This document shows, in pieces, positions 22,800 through 35,600 of a DNA stretch of 64,000 bases; the first letter of the stretch is position 1; each line of letters opens with the position of its first letter. The DNA comes from Takakia lepidozioides (lineage: Eukaryota > Plantae > Bryophyta). The position numbers were made by a program, and so were the translations under genes. The stretch is from positions 12,772,001-12,836,000 of the forward strand of contig CM060733.1 in NCBI GenBank assembly GCA_030704615.1, in the 5' to 3' direction. Under the pieces are notes generated by a model, which was given only the letters and a program-made list of their open reading frames with translations, searched no databases and was not told the origin of the DNA.

Positions 22800-25700
22800 C
22801 TACTCTCCTACACCCTCCGAGGAACTTGCCCCACCTTCTTCCTCATCCCCCTCATCCCCCTCATCCTCCGAGCTCTGTGATGCATCAGTTCCACTATGCC
22901 TCTCAAAAATCCCGTCCTCTCCTTGGGGGACTGTCCACCTCACCTCCTGGGAATCTTCTGCGTCTTCTCCCCCACTTTCCTCAGCAGAATCCAACACAAA
23001 TCTACGAGCCCGACGGGCTCTAATAGCTGCTGCCTCCTCCCTCATCTTCATTTTCTTGAGGCTTGCCTCGTCTAAAATCTGCTGTACACGACTACGTTCG
23101 GAACACCTCCTAATGGACACCGAAGCAAGCCGGGCAGCATAAGTAGGCAGGATGTACTCCCTTTCTGGACTAGGCATGAAATCTCCCCTGGCAAAAAAAG
23201 GCACGTTCCTCCTGCCCATGAACTCCGGTGTAGACGTCCCTCCGGCAGTACTTGGCATCCTACAGTAAGAACAAATCCACTTGAAGAATGTCAATACCAG
23301 CACAACCAGAAAGGGTTTTCAATGAAATAAGAGAGCGGAGGGAGGTGCCTCACAAAATCTGGAGGCAACTTACAATGCCACCACTCACTCGTAAACCGGG
23401 GGCTCCTCGGCCTCGATCCCAACTTCCTCCCCCTGCTCCTTCTCGGATTTTTCCTCATCCTCCGAGGATGCCTCTTCCTCTTTCGGCAGACGTTCAGCCG
23501 CTGCAAGTTCCGAGTTGTGGAGGGCAGTATCTGGCTCGAAGGCGAACACATGCCTGTCGGACAACGTCCCTGCCCACATTGAAGCACCTGAGGAACAAAG
23601 CGGGCGGTTAATAGCTTGCGGCATGCAATTGCAATGGGGCCAGGGGACAAACTGAGCACGTGAAGGCTTACCCGTGCCGCATGTGAGGTCCAGAATCCGC
23701 CCTTGGACATCCGAGCACGTCTCCATGAGGGTTTGGATGAAAGCAGGGCTTCGGGTCCGGCTGTACCGCCACGGTTTGCCTGTCTTTGTGTCCTTCGGCA
23801 TACTAGAGTGGGGCACATAGTTGTAGAGGACATCGTAGGTTACAGGGTCCACAGCGGCATCAACAAGACGACCGTCGTTGCGGAATTTGAACGTAGACCC
23901 TCTCTTCACAAAGCAATATGCCTCAAACACCAATGTCTGCACATCCAACAAAGAAGGGATCAATTCCAGGGTCTACTTAACATACACCACAATATGAAGT
24001 GAATGCAATAGATTGATAACTTACACTTTGGCCCTCTGTTCGCAACCCCTGCGTACTGATGCATAACCATTTTCTGAGGAGGACCGGGGTGACACTTTTC
24101 GGTGTCCACCTTGCCACCGCATTCTCTGTGGTCTTCCCTCTCGTGGCAAGGACAACCACACATCCACCGTCATCCAGAAGCATCCCCGCCAGCCCAAACC
24201 CGGCTTTCCAGTAGTCCTCAGTAAACCTGTTCCAGGTGGGCACACCATCCAGGCCCTCCAGCAGCTCCCCATCTGGAATGTCGAGGAGAATCATGTCGCA
24301 AGCTCTCTCCACCTCAACCCCCCCCGAGTGCTCTTGCAATTCGTGCTCACAGCCGTGAAGAATTCCATCATGGCTTCAAAACCAGGGGTGTCTTTAGGCT
24401 CTGTACCGGCAGCCCTCTTCTTGGCTTTTCCCTTCTGCTCCGCCAGAGACTTGTTGTGTGCCACCTTCTTCGCCCTGGCAGCGAGAGCGTCAAGGAAGCT
24501 CTCATTGACGCATTGGATGATGGTTGGAGGTTCTAGCTTTGGCCTGTGCGTAAACGTCACCGCCGAATACCGCCGTGTAGGCTCGCCCTCAAATGCCAAC
24601 TTCTTGGCAGAGCCAGTCCCACTCCGAACTGACTTGGGAACCCGGACGACCGGTGACTGGGTAGGAGCAACAGCAGTCGCAGGACCTTGAACAAAATCGG
24701 CGTCGGAGTCACTCTCTTGGGTCCCCTCCTGCGCCTCCTCCGATGCCCCGATGGTTTTCTTCTTTTTGGGTGTTACTGCAGTCACCTGTTTCCTTGTCCT
24801 TTTCCTTTGACCTTTACTCTTCTCATGCAATTTCTCTTGAATTCCTGCCTGAGCAAGCTCTGCCGCTTTCCTGGAGTTCGCAAGCGCTTTTGCCTCTTTT
24901 GCACCCAACGGAGGCAGCGGAGCCCGGTTTCGTCGGAATTCAGCATCCAGCTTCAATTGAAACTCGGATGGGTCGAGCGAGCCGGGCGGAAGGTCCACAT
25001 ACCAAGGGCAATCACGCAAATGTTCCAGATGCCACTCCTTCACAATATCGTCAGTGTACATGGAGTCAGCCCCAGGGTTCCTCCATGCCAGGAAGAATGG
25101 TGGCTCGAAAGACAGATGACCTTTCTCCAAAAGCGAGAACTTACAGTACCTGCATTCATGAAAAACCCAATGAGGTCCGAAAATGGCTAACTCCCTGAAC
25201 GGCAATAGGGCCTACAACTGGAATATGGCGCCGAATTTCCACTTCAGGGCCACCCAGTGTAGGGACTTAGCCCGAAAATGGCTAAGTCCCTGGACGGCAA
25301 TACGGCCTGGAACTGGAAAACGGCGCCGAATTTCCACTTCCGGGCCAGCCACCCTAGGGACTTACACAAAAAATGGCTAAGTCCCTGGACGGCAATAGGG
25401 CCTAGAACTGGAATACGGCGCCGAATTTCCAGTTCCGGGCCAGCCACCCTAGGGACTTAGACCGAAAATGGCTAAGTCCCTGGACGGCAATAGGGCCTGG
25501 AACTGGAATATGGCGCCGAATTTCCACTTCAGGGCCAGCCAGTCTAGGGACTTGGCCCGAAAATGGCTAAGTCCCTGGACGGCAATAGGGCCTAGAACTG
25601 GAATACGGCGCCGAATTTCCAGTTCCGGGCCAGCCACCCTAGGGACTTAGACCTAAAATGGCTAAGTCCCTGGACGGCAATAGGGCCTGGAACTGGAATA

Positions 25701-28700
25701 TGGCGCCGAATTTCCACTTCAGGGCCAGCCAGTCTAGGGACTTAGCCGGAAAATGGCTAAGTCCCTGGACGGCAATAGGGCCTAGAACTGGAATACGGCG
25801 CCGAATTTCCAGTTCCGGGCCAGCCACCCTAGGGACTTAGACCGAAAATGGCTAAGTCCCTGGACGGCAATAGGGCCTGGAACTGGAATATGGCGCCGAA
25901 TTTCCACTTCATGGCCAGCCAGTCTAGGGACTTAGCCCGAAAATGGCTAAGTCCCTGGACGGCAATAGGGCCTAGAACTGGAAAACGGCGCCGAATTTCC
26001 AGTTCCGGGCCAGCCACACTAGGGACTTAGCCGAAAATGGCTAAGTCCCTGAACGGCAATAGGGCCTGGAACTGGAAAATGGCGCCGAATTTCCAGTTCC
26101 GGGCCAGCCAGTCTAGGGACTTTGCCATTTTCGGAGCCCTGACTGGAAATTCGGCGCCATTTTCCCTAACACCACTTAGGCCTCTAACATCCTGAAATGC
26201 CAGGACTTGAAAGAAAGGCAGCGCGTATGTACCTGTACAGAAGGCGCATTGCTGCTTTGTCCGCGTTCGGCTGGTCGGTGAACTCGTGGCTCCGGCGAGC
26301 ATCTGCTATCTCCCGAAAGAATAGGTTGGTTTTGTAGAGCAGAAAGTACCTCGTCACATAGTCACGCAGGCTCTCTGCTGCAGGAGATATCTCCATCTTG
26401 AACTGATGTGCTTGTGTGTCCAGCTGCTCTTGCGCATTCGTCGTCACCTGTGGAGATTGTCCATCAGATCGCTTTCCTCAAAAAATACAATGAATCAACC
26501 CCCTACTAGAGTACAAGCCCCAAACGAAGCGTGGGGAAGTACCTGAAACCACCATGTCATGCGGTTCATCCACATGTCGAATGTGGGGTCAGAGAGTTTG
26601 TCCGGTTTGGGGAAGCTCCACATGTCCCTGGTACTTTGGGAACCATTCCAGATTTGGAGCCACCGGGTCTGTCCAACCACCCAGCATATTCGTAAGCGCC
26701 AAACACCACAAAAAGGAGTTGTTGCCACCACAATTTGGTTAAGAATGTATCACCTTTTCTGTTGCATCCACACAGGATGTGGCTAGACGATGGAGCTTCT
26801 CCAATGTCATCGTGGGCTTCAGAGCGCGAGAGTAGTGCTTTCCCACCTCCACCAGAAAGTCGGCACCAAGGGCGGGATCAGCTATGGCCACGTACTTTAC
26901 CATCCGCGACTTGTACTTTATGCGGGCCCTCACCTCCGCAGCTTTGACATACGATTCGAGTTCCGGGAGGGTTGGATTCTTCTCCTCTGACTCCATGTAG
27001 AACCTCCGCGCATGTGCCAAATCCTGCTGTATTTTCGTCTGTCGAAAAGCAGCACATAAGATTAGAGATCCTGCTCAACACAATTTCTTCTATTGGGGGA
27101 GGAGAGACAAATTAGCTCAACAAAACTGCAGGAGCTTTACCCGAAATATGTAGTCCACCATGGCGTCGACGCTCAGCCTATACCAGGTTCTGTCTGCCTT
27201 TGCCTCCGACTTGCGCAGGAGGTCGGCACTGAGGGAATTGGCAAACTCTTCCACCCCCTGCCTCCCGACATCCTTCACTCGGAAGAGCATATGGGACAAG
27301 TTGGTGGCAATGAAGGCATTCTCAGTCACCCTGCAGTGCCACATTTCCATCAAACAATACTGAAATGGGAATTTTCATCATATATGAGGATTCGCAATGA
27401 AATGACTTCCAAATTCAAAGTCCAAAAGCGAGAGGGGTTGTAGCTTACGAGTTGATGTCGGCCATTGCAGCTTTGAGAAGACTGCGATCTTTGGGCCCCG
27501 CAACCTTCAGCACAACACAATCGACGGCGAAATGCCAATCGAGATCGTTGGGGTGGGCTTGGGCAATGTGCTCCATCCATGCCAGGAGGCGATGATTGCC
27601 GTCCCACACGTAGAACATCTTACCGGACATGTGCTGGAAAAGAGGATCACTAGCAATCGATCTCTCGAACTCCTCATTTCGCGTTTGCCAATGGGGACCC
27701 CATTTGTCCACCTCATCGGAAGTGTGGGCACGGGAAGCTCCGTGGTCGTTCTCAATGGAAACGTAAAAGGCGGCAGACCCCATTCGATATCCATCCCGGA
27801 AAGAGAATTTCAGCTTGTCGATATCGCCTGGGAGGGCAGGTCTCACCACCTGCAATGACACCAAGCGGCAAAGGGGAATTCGAAGCTTGGCCGGGTACAC
27901 CATGCCCCCCAGCACCCTGCCAATGTTGCTGTGGGTTGCCTCCAACATCTTGGCAGCGGCCAACTTCATATCCGCCTCAGACATGACGTCTGCTGCAGAG
28001 GGGTTTTCCGGCAGCCCACCAAGACCGCCAAATCCAGCCTGTATGCTCCGGGTTTGGGGCCTGGGGATGTCCGGGAGAATGTCATCCTGGTCAGAAACAT
28101 CCATGTCGTCCTCCTCAACAGGGTCAGCCACCTGCGAAACCACCTCCAGCACTCTCGTCGTCTCTACTGCCCTCTCCCTGGCTTCACCTCGAACTTGCAC
28201 AATCGGTGCTCTTTCAGGTGTTCTTTCCTCTCCTCCACTCTCCACCGTATGGGTAATTGCGGGGGCTGCACTTGCCCGCGATGGTCTAACCGGTGTGCTA
28301 CTGCCTCTCTGTGGTGTCTTGTAGGGATCCACCGTCTCTGTGTGTCCCTCGCTTACATTGGCATCTGTCATTTGGGCACCCCGGGCCTCTTCAGCTGCCT
28401 TTTGTCTTTCCTCCTTGCTAGCATTCTGTCTCGTCTGTTCTTTTGCCCTCTCTTTTGCCCTCTCACGGGCTTTCTGTTTCTTACTAGGGCTAGCAACAGG
28501 GGAGCCCTCCAGGACGACCACCTTTGATTGAGGCGAACTGACACCCTCGCGCGCACTGCTCACTCCCCCCTCCGCAGCCCGTGACTGCTCTCTCGCCGGG
28601 GATTGCATGTGCTTAGCTTTCTTCTTTTTCTTTGCGTGGGCGGGCCCTACTGCATGTGCATGAACAACCTCCATTGCCGGATCTGCTGTCCTCATGTCCT

Positions 28701-29453
28701 CACGCCCTTCACCTGCCATGCCGCCTGCACCAACCTCCCCAATGCCTACTCTATCGTAATCTCGTTGCAAGTCCTCCCGTCCACCAACAAAAGATTTAAG
28801 TTTGCCCTCTCGCCCCAAGTTGGGCGATTCAAACATGCGATGAGTTGGAGCTGTCGATGATACCACCAGCGTGCCGGGCTCGTCGTCACTCTGTGATTGA
28901 CAAAAATCGTGAACACCAACAGTGGTGCAAAAAGCAGCAGCGCAACCACCATAGCAGCAATCATGTAGCAAAAATGAAAACATAACAAGTTTAGGAAGTA
29001 TGGAGAGCCATGCAACAACAATGAAAACAAATGCAACCATTGCCTAAGAATGACATGCACAAGCAGCCTTCTCCAGAGCTGCCGGATTTGCACACGCATT
29101 GCAAACAATCTAAGGTTCAGTCAACTATCTAAAGTTCACTCATAAAGCAAAGCCAGGATGAAGATGCAGAAACAAAGCGAGGTAACGAAGCGAAAGCAAA
29201 AAAGAAATCGAACAAACCGAAAGCAGAAGTGGCTTGCCTGAGAGTACTCGGCTTCAGTTGGCGCAGGTTGTGAGCAAGACACTGGAATCTCCTGCTGGAG
29301 CTTCAGTTTGGCCATGCGAGAGATTGGCCGTCGTCCGTAGTACAGAGCTTTCAACTTCCGCCGCGGTCTGGATCTGAGGTCTCTCTCAGGAGAGCCACGC
29401 CCTTCAGGCGGCATAAGTCCCAGCCAAAAAGATCTCCTTTTTTGGGGTACCAT
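22800..29453 (-). CDS. 10-exon ParB/Srx-domain + beta-class amino-methyltransferase-like protein (~1,460 aa from ATG 29315)
   Basis: Phase-consistent exons: 29453 or 29315-29238 (GC donor), 28890-27449, 27330-27141, 27038-26754, 26668-26543, 26447-26233, 25149-24025 (needs +1 G in a G8 run at 24318-24325), 23936-23672, 23587-23389, 23259-22800. ParB motif VWDGNHRLLAW; motif IV-like DMILLDIPDG; motifs X-I-II RSPAFIQTLMETCSDVQGRILDLTCGTGASMWAGTLSDRHVFAFEPD. Confidence 0.82.
25177..26160. repeat. Intronic tandem array: ~10 x 95-bp imperfectly palindromic units with a 190-bp higher-order period
   Basis: Each unit is CTAAGTCCCT...GGCGCCGAATTTCC...AGGGACTTAG; lies within intron 26232-25150. Confidence 0.92.
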
Positions 29454-29616
29454 GTTAAGCCAAGTATAGCATGAGATTTAGGGTACGTGTCCAGGAAGCC
29501 ATGCGTCGCCAGCCCGAATAATAAGCGACGGCCGTCGACATTTATTGCCCAACTGCGCAATTAAATGTCGGATGAAGCCCTCCATGTCGGAAGAAAATAG
29601 ACGAAAACAGTCCCGG

Positions 29617-30400
29617 AATTTCCCTCACGCAGGTAATTCGGAAGCGCGCGGATGGAAATCCGGCGCCGAATTTCCATCCGCGCAGGTAGGGCGGTTCGCC
29701 AAATTTCCTTCAAGCAGGTAATTCGGATGCGCGCGGATGGAAATCCGGCGCCGAATTTCCATCCGCGCAGGTAATTCGGATGCGCCCGGATGGAAATCCG
29801 GCGCCGAATTTCCATCCGCGCAGGTAGGGCGGTGCGCCAAATTTCCTTCAAGCAGGTAATTCGGATGCGCGCGGATGGAAATCCGGCGCCGAATTTCCAT
29901 CCGCGTAGGATGGCGGTGCGCCAAATTTCCTTCAAGCAGGTAATTCGGATGCGCGCGGATGGAAATCCGGCGCCGAATTTCCATCCGCGCAGGTAATTCG
30001 GATGCGCCCGGATGGAAATCCGGCGCCGAATTTCCATCCGCGCAGGTAGGGCGGTGCGCCAAATTTCCTTCAAGCAGGTAATTCGGATGCGCGCGGATGG
30101 AAATCCGGCGCCGAATTTCCATCCGCGTAGGATGGCGGTGCGCCAAATTTCCTTCAAGCAGGTAATTCGGATGCGCGCGGATGGAAATCCGGCGCCGAAT
30201 TTCCATCCGCGCAGGTAATTCGGATGCGCCCGGATGGAAATCCGGCGCCGAATTTCCATCCGCGCAGGTAGGGCGGTGCGCCAAATTTCCTTCAAGCAGG
30301 TAATTCGGATGCGCGCGGATGGAAATCCGGCGCCGAATTTCCATCCGCGCAGGTAGGGCGGTTCGCCAAATTTCCTTCAAGCAGGTAATTCGGCGCCGAA
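29617..30400. repeat. Palindrome array with a 222-bp higher-order period
   Basis: Repeats of CGGATGGAAATCCGGCGCCGAATTTCCATCCG. Confidence 0.92.
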
Positions 30401-30842
30401 TTTCCATCCTGCAGGTAAGTCGGATCGGTGCCATATGGATATTCGGCGCCGAATTTCGATTCGCCATTTATTTCTGAGCGAGGAATTACCTCCGTGCAGG
30501 TAATTCCCATATAAGAATTACCTTCGTGCAGGTAATTCACATACAAGAATTACCTTCATGCAGGTAATTTCCAGATGAGAATTACCTTTGTGCAGGTAAT
30601 TCTGGACGAGGAATAAACATCGATTGGAATTACCTGCAGGAAGGTAATTGTCATCTGGAAATTACCTGCACAAAGGTAATTCTTGTATGCGAATTACCTG
30701 CACGAAGGTAATTCTTATATGGGAATTACCTGCACGGAGGTAATTCCTCGCTCAGAAATAAATGGCGAGTGGAAATCCGGCGCCGAATATCCATACGGCA
30801 CTGATCCGACTTACCTGCTGGATGGAAATTCGGCGCCGAATT
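30388..30842. repeat. Central ~215-bp-arm inverted repeat of X
   Basis: Arms ~30388-30602 and ~30627-30842, each with four GAATTACCT-n-AGGTAATTC-type palindromes; spacer ~24 bp. Confidence 0.9.
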
Positions 30843-32360
30843 TCCATTCATCCACGATTCGAATTACCTGCAGGATGGAAATTCGGCGCCGAATATCCAT
30901 ATGGCACCGATCCGACTTACCTGCTGGGTGGAAATTCGGCGCCGAATTTCCATTCATCCACGATTCGAATTACCTGCAGGATGGAAATTCGGCGCCGAAT
31001 ATCCATATGGCACCGATCCGACTTACCTGCTGGATGGAAATTCGGCGCCGAATTTCCATTCATCCATGATTCGAATTACCTGCAGGATGGAAATTCGGCG
31101 CCGAATATCCATATGGCACCGATCCGACTTACCTGCTGGATGGAAATTCGGCGCCGAATTTCCATTCATCCATGATTCGAATTACCTGCAGGATGGAAAT
31201 TCGGCGCCGAATATCCATATGGCACCGATCCGACTTACCTGCTGGATGGAAATTCGGCGCCGAATTTCCATTCATCCATGATTCGAATTACCTGCAGGAT
31301 GGAAATTCGGCGCCGAATATCCATATGGCACCGATCCGACTTACCTGCTGGATGGAAATTCGGCGCCGAATATCCATATGGCACCGATCCGACTTACCTG
31401 CTGGATGGAAATTCGGCGCCGAATTTCCATTCATCCACGATTCGAATTACCTGCAGGATGGAAATTCGGCGCCGAATATCCATATGGCACCGATCCGACT
31501 TACCTGCTGGATGGAAATTCGGCGCCGAATTTCCATCATCCACGATTCGAATTACCTGCAGGATGGAAATTCGGCGCCGAATATCCATATGGCACCGATC
31601 CGACTTACCTGCTGGATGGAAATTCGGCGCCGAATCTCCATCCATCCGAGATTCCACTTACCTGCTGGATGGAAATTCGGCGCCGAATCTCCATCCGGGG
31701 GATGGTCTCTGTCGGAGAGGTGCCGCCTCTCCGCCGCTCTGTTGGATATTCGGTGCCGAATTTCCGTCCCGGGGGTTGAAATATGACTGCCAGGTTCCGA
31801 CCTCTCCCCCCTCCCCGACTTCATTGGAACGGCCCCGAATTGAAATTCGGCGCCGTTTTCTCATCTGTGGAGGTTTTTATGTCGGCCAGTTTTCGCTCTG
31901 ACACGCCGACAACACTTCCTTTGGGGGGGCCGGATGGAAATTCGGCGCCGAATGGCCGTCCAGGGGATGTTCTCTGTCGCACACTGGCCGGCCTCTGTGC
32001 CCCAGGCGACTTCATCCGGGCGTCCCCTGTTCGATATTCGTTGCCGAATTTCCGTCCGGGGGTTGAAATGTGACAGCCAACTGCAGGCCACTCCCCCCTC
32101 CCCGACTGCATCCGAATCGCCCCGGATGGAAATTCGGCGCCGTTTTTCCATCTGGGGATGTTTTTATGCCGTCCAGTTTTCGGCCTGACCCCCCGACACG
32201 ACTCCCTTTGGGGGGACCGGATGGAAATTCGGCGCCGAATCTCCATCCAGAAGATGTTATCTGTCGCACACACTCCGGCCTCTGCGCCCGAGGCGACTTC
32301 ATCCGGGCTTCCTCTGTTGGATGTTGGGTGCCGAATTTCCATTCGGGGGTAGTAATGTGA
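30770..32360. repeat. Palindrome array: 53-bp units (106-bp dimer), then ~287-bp repeats
   Basis: GGATGGAAATTCGGCGCCGAAT(A/T)TCCAT every 53 bp up to ~31700. Confidence 0.92.
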
Positions 32361-32645
32361 CGGCACGGTGCCGGCTTATCCCCTTCAGCCGTCATCATCC
32401 GGACGGCCCCCCACTTTCTGACTGCATACCGTTGGCAGTTATTGCGCAAAGACGAGGGGCCGCATTCCGGAGACAAGGTTCATTAACACTCTGACTGTGG
32501 ATTTTTGAGATAGTTGGCTCCCTGGATTTGGATCAGGCTTCGTCGCTCGGACAAATCGGCATCGCATTCATTCCCATCGCTGCACCCCCTTCTACCAGGG
32601 AGCTTCCCCGCACGCCATCCTGGCAGTCTTGTGTGCACATCTCCC

Positions 32646-35600
32646 ATGGCGGAAAACCCGAGCGCTACAGTGTACTGCCCTCCTCACGAGCATAGAGCTT
32701 CATTTCCGTGCAGAGGGGACACCTGCCGGGTGATGGAGAAATATCTGTGCGTTCGATACCACCTGAAACCGGGGTCGGTTTTTTTGGAGGAGGAAAGGAA
32801 GGACTCAAACGGCCTTGTTGTCGAGAGTATTGTTGTGCTCCACGATGATTTCGGCGATGGCAGGGAATGGCGAGTTCCACCATCGGACAGCGTCATATAC
32901 AGGGCTGTTGGGGACTTCATTTGCCCGCCAAATGCACCGTCTATCCTGGCGCCTTCCACGAAACAATCCGCGAATCAGAGAGTGGGTACCTCAAAGAGAG
33001 AAGTCCGCAACGAAGTAAATCCAGAGCCGAACCCATCCATGAAGACGACCGAGAACCGGGTTGTTCACAACCTGTCCGACTCAGACGAGGTCATGGAAGT
33101 TCCGAGGTCGTCCTGGAGATCAGGCAAGTCCTCAATGGACGTCAGTGGAGGAGGGAGTCATATTCCCAGCACGAGCACCGCAGTTCGATCTATTCTAGAA
33201 ATTCTGCGAGGGCTTCACCTGGAGGGACACCGGTCGGAGCTGGCCGGGCTGGACTACAGCAAGTTCGCAATTAAATCGGTTACATGCCTTCCCGCCGACG
33301 TCGACGGTAATGTCTTCTTTGAGTTCCCTCCTCGGGCGGACTACTCGAGGGCGTCCGGAATGTTGACAGATATGGATAGAAAACATGACGGTCATCCTTG
33401 GTGCGTTACCAAAACCACCAGCATGAAGATGCTTGATGGTGTGCGGGTGCGCTACGTTGTTTGTGCGGGCGCGTTGCGGTGTTTCTCCCCAACTTGCTTC
33501 CACTTTAAATCCAGAGGTCACAGGAACGAGACCGATTGGACAGGCACAGCTCACCAACCATTTCGAGCTCAGGAGAAGGTTCCGAACTCCACATTTAAGT
33601 GTGCGCATTGCAAAGAACCACCACACTGCATGTCTGTTTGTAATGCCAAGCAGTTCTATGTGTTGCACCGTTTCCCTGACCTCACCCGAGCTTGCATACA
33701 CGTTGGTTCCCATTGTCACAAATTGGCGAGGGGGAACTCGCGGGAGGCTGCCCACGAAGCAGAGCAGCTCGTTCAGGAGGAGGTTAAGTTGAGACCGGGT
33801 GCCAAACCCAAACAGATACAGCTCCAAGCCGCCCATAAGATGGCATTGGCCAGAATTATGTCGGAAGACGGCTCGGATAGAGTTCCTCTCGACGAGAAGG
33901 AAATGGAGGCATTGCTCGAGTCGGTGTCCCACGTATGTTCACCGAATGTCCGAAACCACATTGTCTCTTGCAAACAGAAAATTGGGCGTGGCTCGGATAT
34001 GCACTCCATTCTGGAGGTGAAGCGACGATGTGGATATGACTACATTCATGGAAGTAGGTTTCCAGGACAAGGGACTGAGGCAGATCGTTGTTTCGTATTC
34101 AAAATGTCCACGTGTGGACCTGGCAGTGGCGTCGAACTGGTCGACAGGATGACGAGTGGGAACTTGTCAAACAGTTGGGTCATGTTCGACCATATCAAGC
34201 GAATTACAAATCACCAGTGGGTGACAATGGGTGCACATGTCTACGACACCCACTGCAGGATGCTAATGACAATTGCTATTTGTGAGATGAAAGGAGAGGA
34301 CACACAATCGGAGATGCTTCTTTGGCAGGGAATAAACGAACAGATGGCCAAGGCGGGATTGCCCCCTCCCAATTTCCGTGGTTTCATGGCGGACAACGCA
34401 CAAGCAAATTGGGCTGCCATCCGAAGGGTGTACGGGCAAGACCCCAATGTTCCCATGGAAGGCAAGGAGAGATCTTGTGGGTTCCACTTTCTGCAGAGCC
34501 TTTCGCAGTACACAACCAGGCTCGTGGCGCCAGATTTCAGAGAGGAGCACCGTTCCATGTGCCTTGCGTGGAAGCGCGCTCCCACCTTGGATGATGCAGA
34601 GACACAGTTTGCATGCATACGGGCTTGGTGGACATCGTCAGGTGCTGTAAGGAAATCAGACGAAGGAGCAATGGTCAGTTGGCTAGCATGGTGGCATTAT
34701 CGTTTCCTCCAGTTCGGCGACTATATGCGGGAGGTGAGTTGCACGAATTCGCGTCCCGTTGGATATTATTCTTGGCCATATTTGTAACTTGCTTGTAACC
34801 TCAACATGTGCTTGTGCAGGAAATGTGTCTCGACTCCGACACCGACATGCCCACGACAAACATGGCCGAATCAGTGCACTCTTCCTGGCGTGCCTCCTCT
34901 GCGGCGCATCTGGTGGACATCCTCACTGCCACAACGGAGGACATTGTGAGGTCAATTATGCAGCAATGCAGGTACAACGAGTTCTTGAAAGGGAAACAGT
35001 GGGGCTTGGGGCCGGACAGGCAGGAAATGCTGATGCGGACTGCCTCCAGATCGAAGAATCCTCGGAAGTGGGCGGCGGCCTTGCGAGAGGGCCTTCGGGA
35101 CACGCCATTGCTGCGAAGAGGCCAACATTTGGAAGGAGATGTTCATACCCGTCCAGTGAGACGAAGACTTGACGAGGCACCTGGCGGAGAAGAGGATTCA
35201 TGGCGAGCTGACAAGAATATTCGCACGCTCCCTCGTGGTCCGGTGATGTTGTCCGAGGAGGTCTCGTCGAGCACCGGAAGTCCTGCACGTTCAAGATCGC
35301 CATCTCCTTTGAGCACAGGGCGCGTGCCCCGGCAACATAACGAGCCATCTGTAGTAAAGCAATACAACATTCCCATTGTGGAGACAAGAGTGTCGGAGTC
35401 ACAGTGGAGAATTGCGAGGACATTGCCGGCATTTCGAGGGAAGTGTTGCGCCATCCGGGTGGATACGAGAGCACGCTGTGGTGAGATGATTCGGAGGAAC
35501 CCACACGGTGCTGTACCTGCACCTTGTTTCAGCGGCAGATTTTTGACTCCCACATTTGCTCACGCCACAACGCAGACATTTTGGTTCTGTAGGCACGACA

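Noticed and set aside
28891-29040. Hydrophobic N-terminus (MVAFVFIVVAW...) of the 531-aa ORF as a signal or TM segment
   Set aside because: It is T-rich sequence upstream of a good acceptor at 28891 and is best read as intron.
22800-29453. ParB-MTase gene as bacterial or phage contamination
   Set aside because: It has nine phase-consistent spliceosomal introns, several shared with the Y paralog, and lies inside a TSD-flanked element among plant retrotransposons.
30388-30842. Central inverted repeat as the abutting ends of two separate elements
   Set aside because: The outer TIRs and perfect 8-bp TSD define one element spanning both sides, and Y shows the same divergent gene pair.
25177-32360. 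Palindromic arrays as a CRISPR locus
   Set aside because: Spacers are themselves repeated rather than unique, there are no cas genes, and the context is intron-containing eukaryotic DNA.
29561-32476. Many 60-280 aa ORFs (MEIRRRISI..., WKFGAEF...)
   Set aside because: They are translations of stop-poor tandem palindromes in several frames on both strands. The same applies to the ORFs at 25183-26030, 36216-36879 and 39076-40027.
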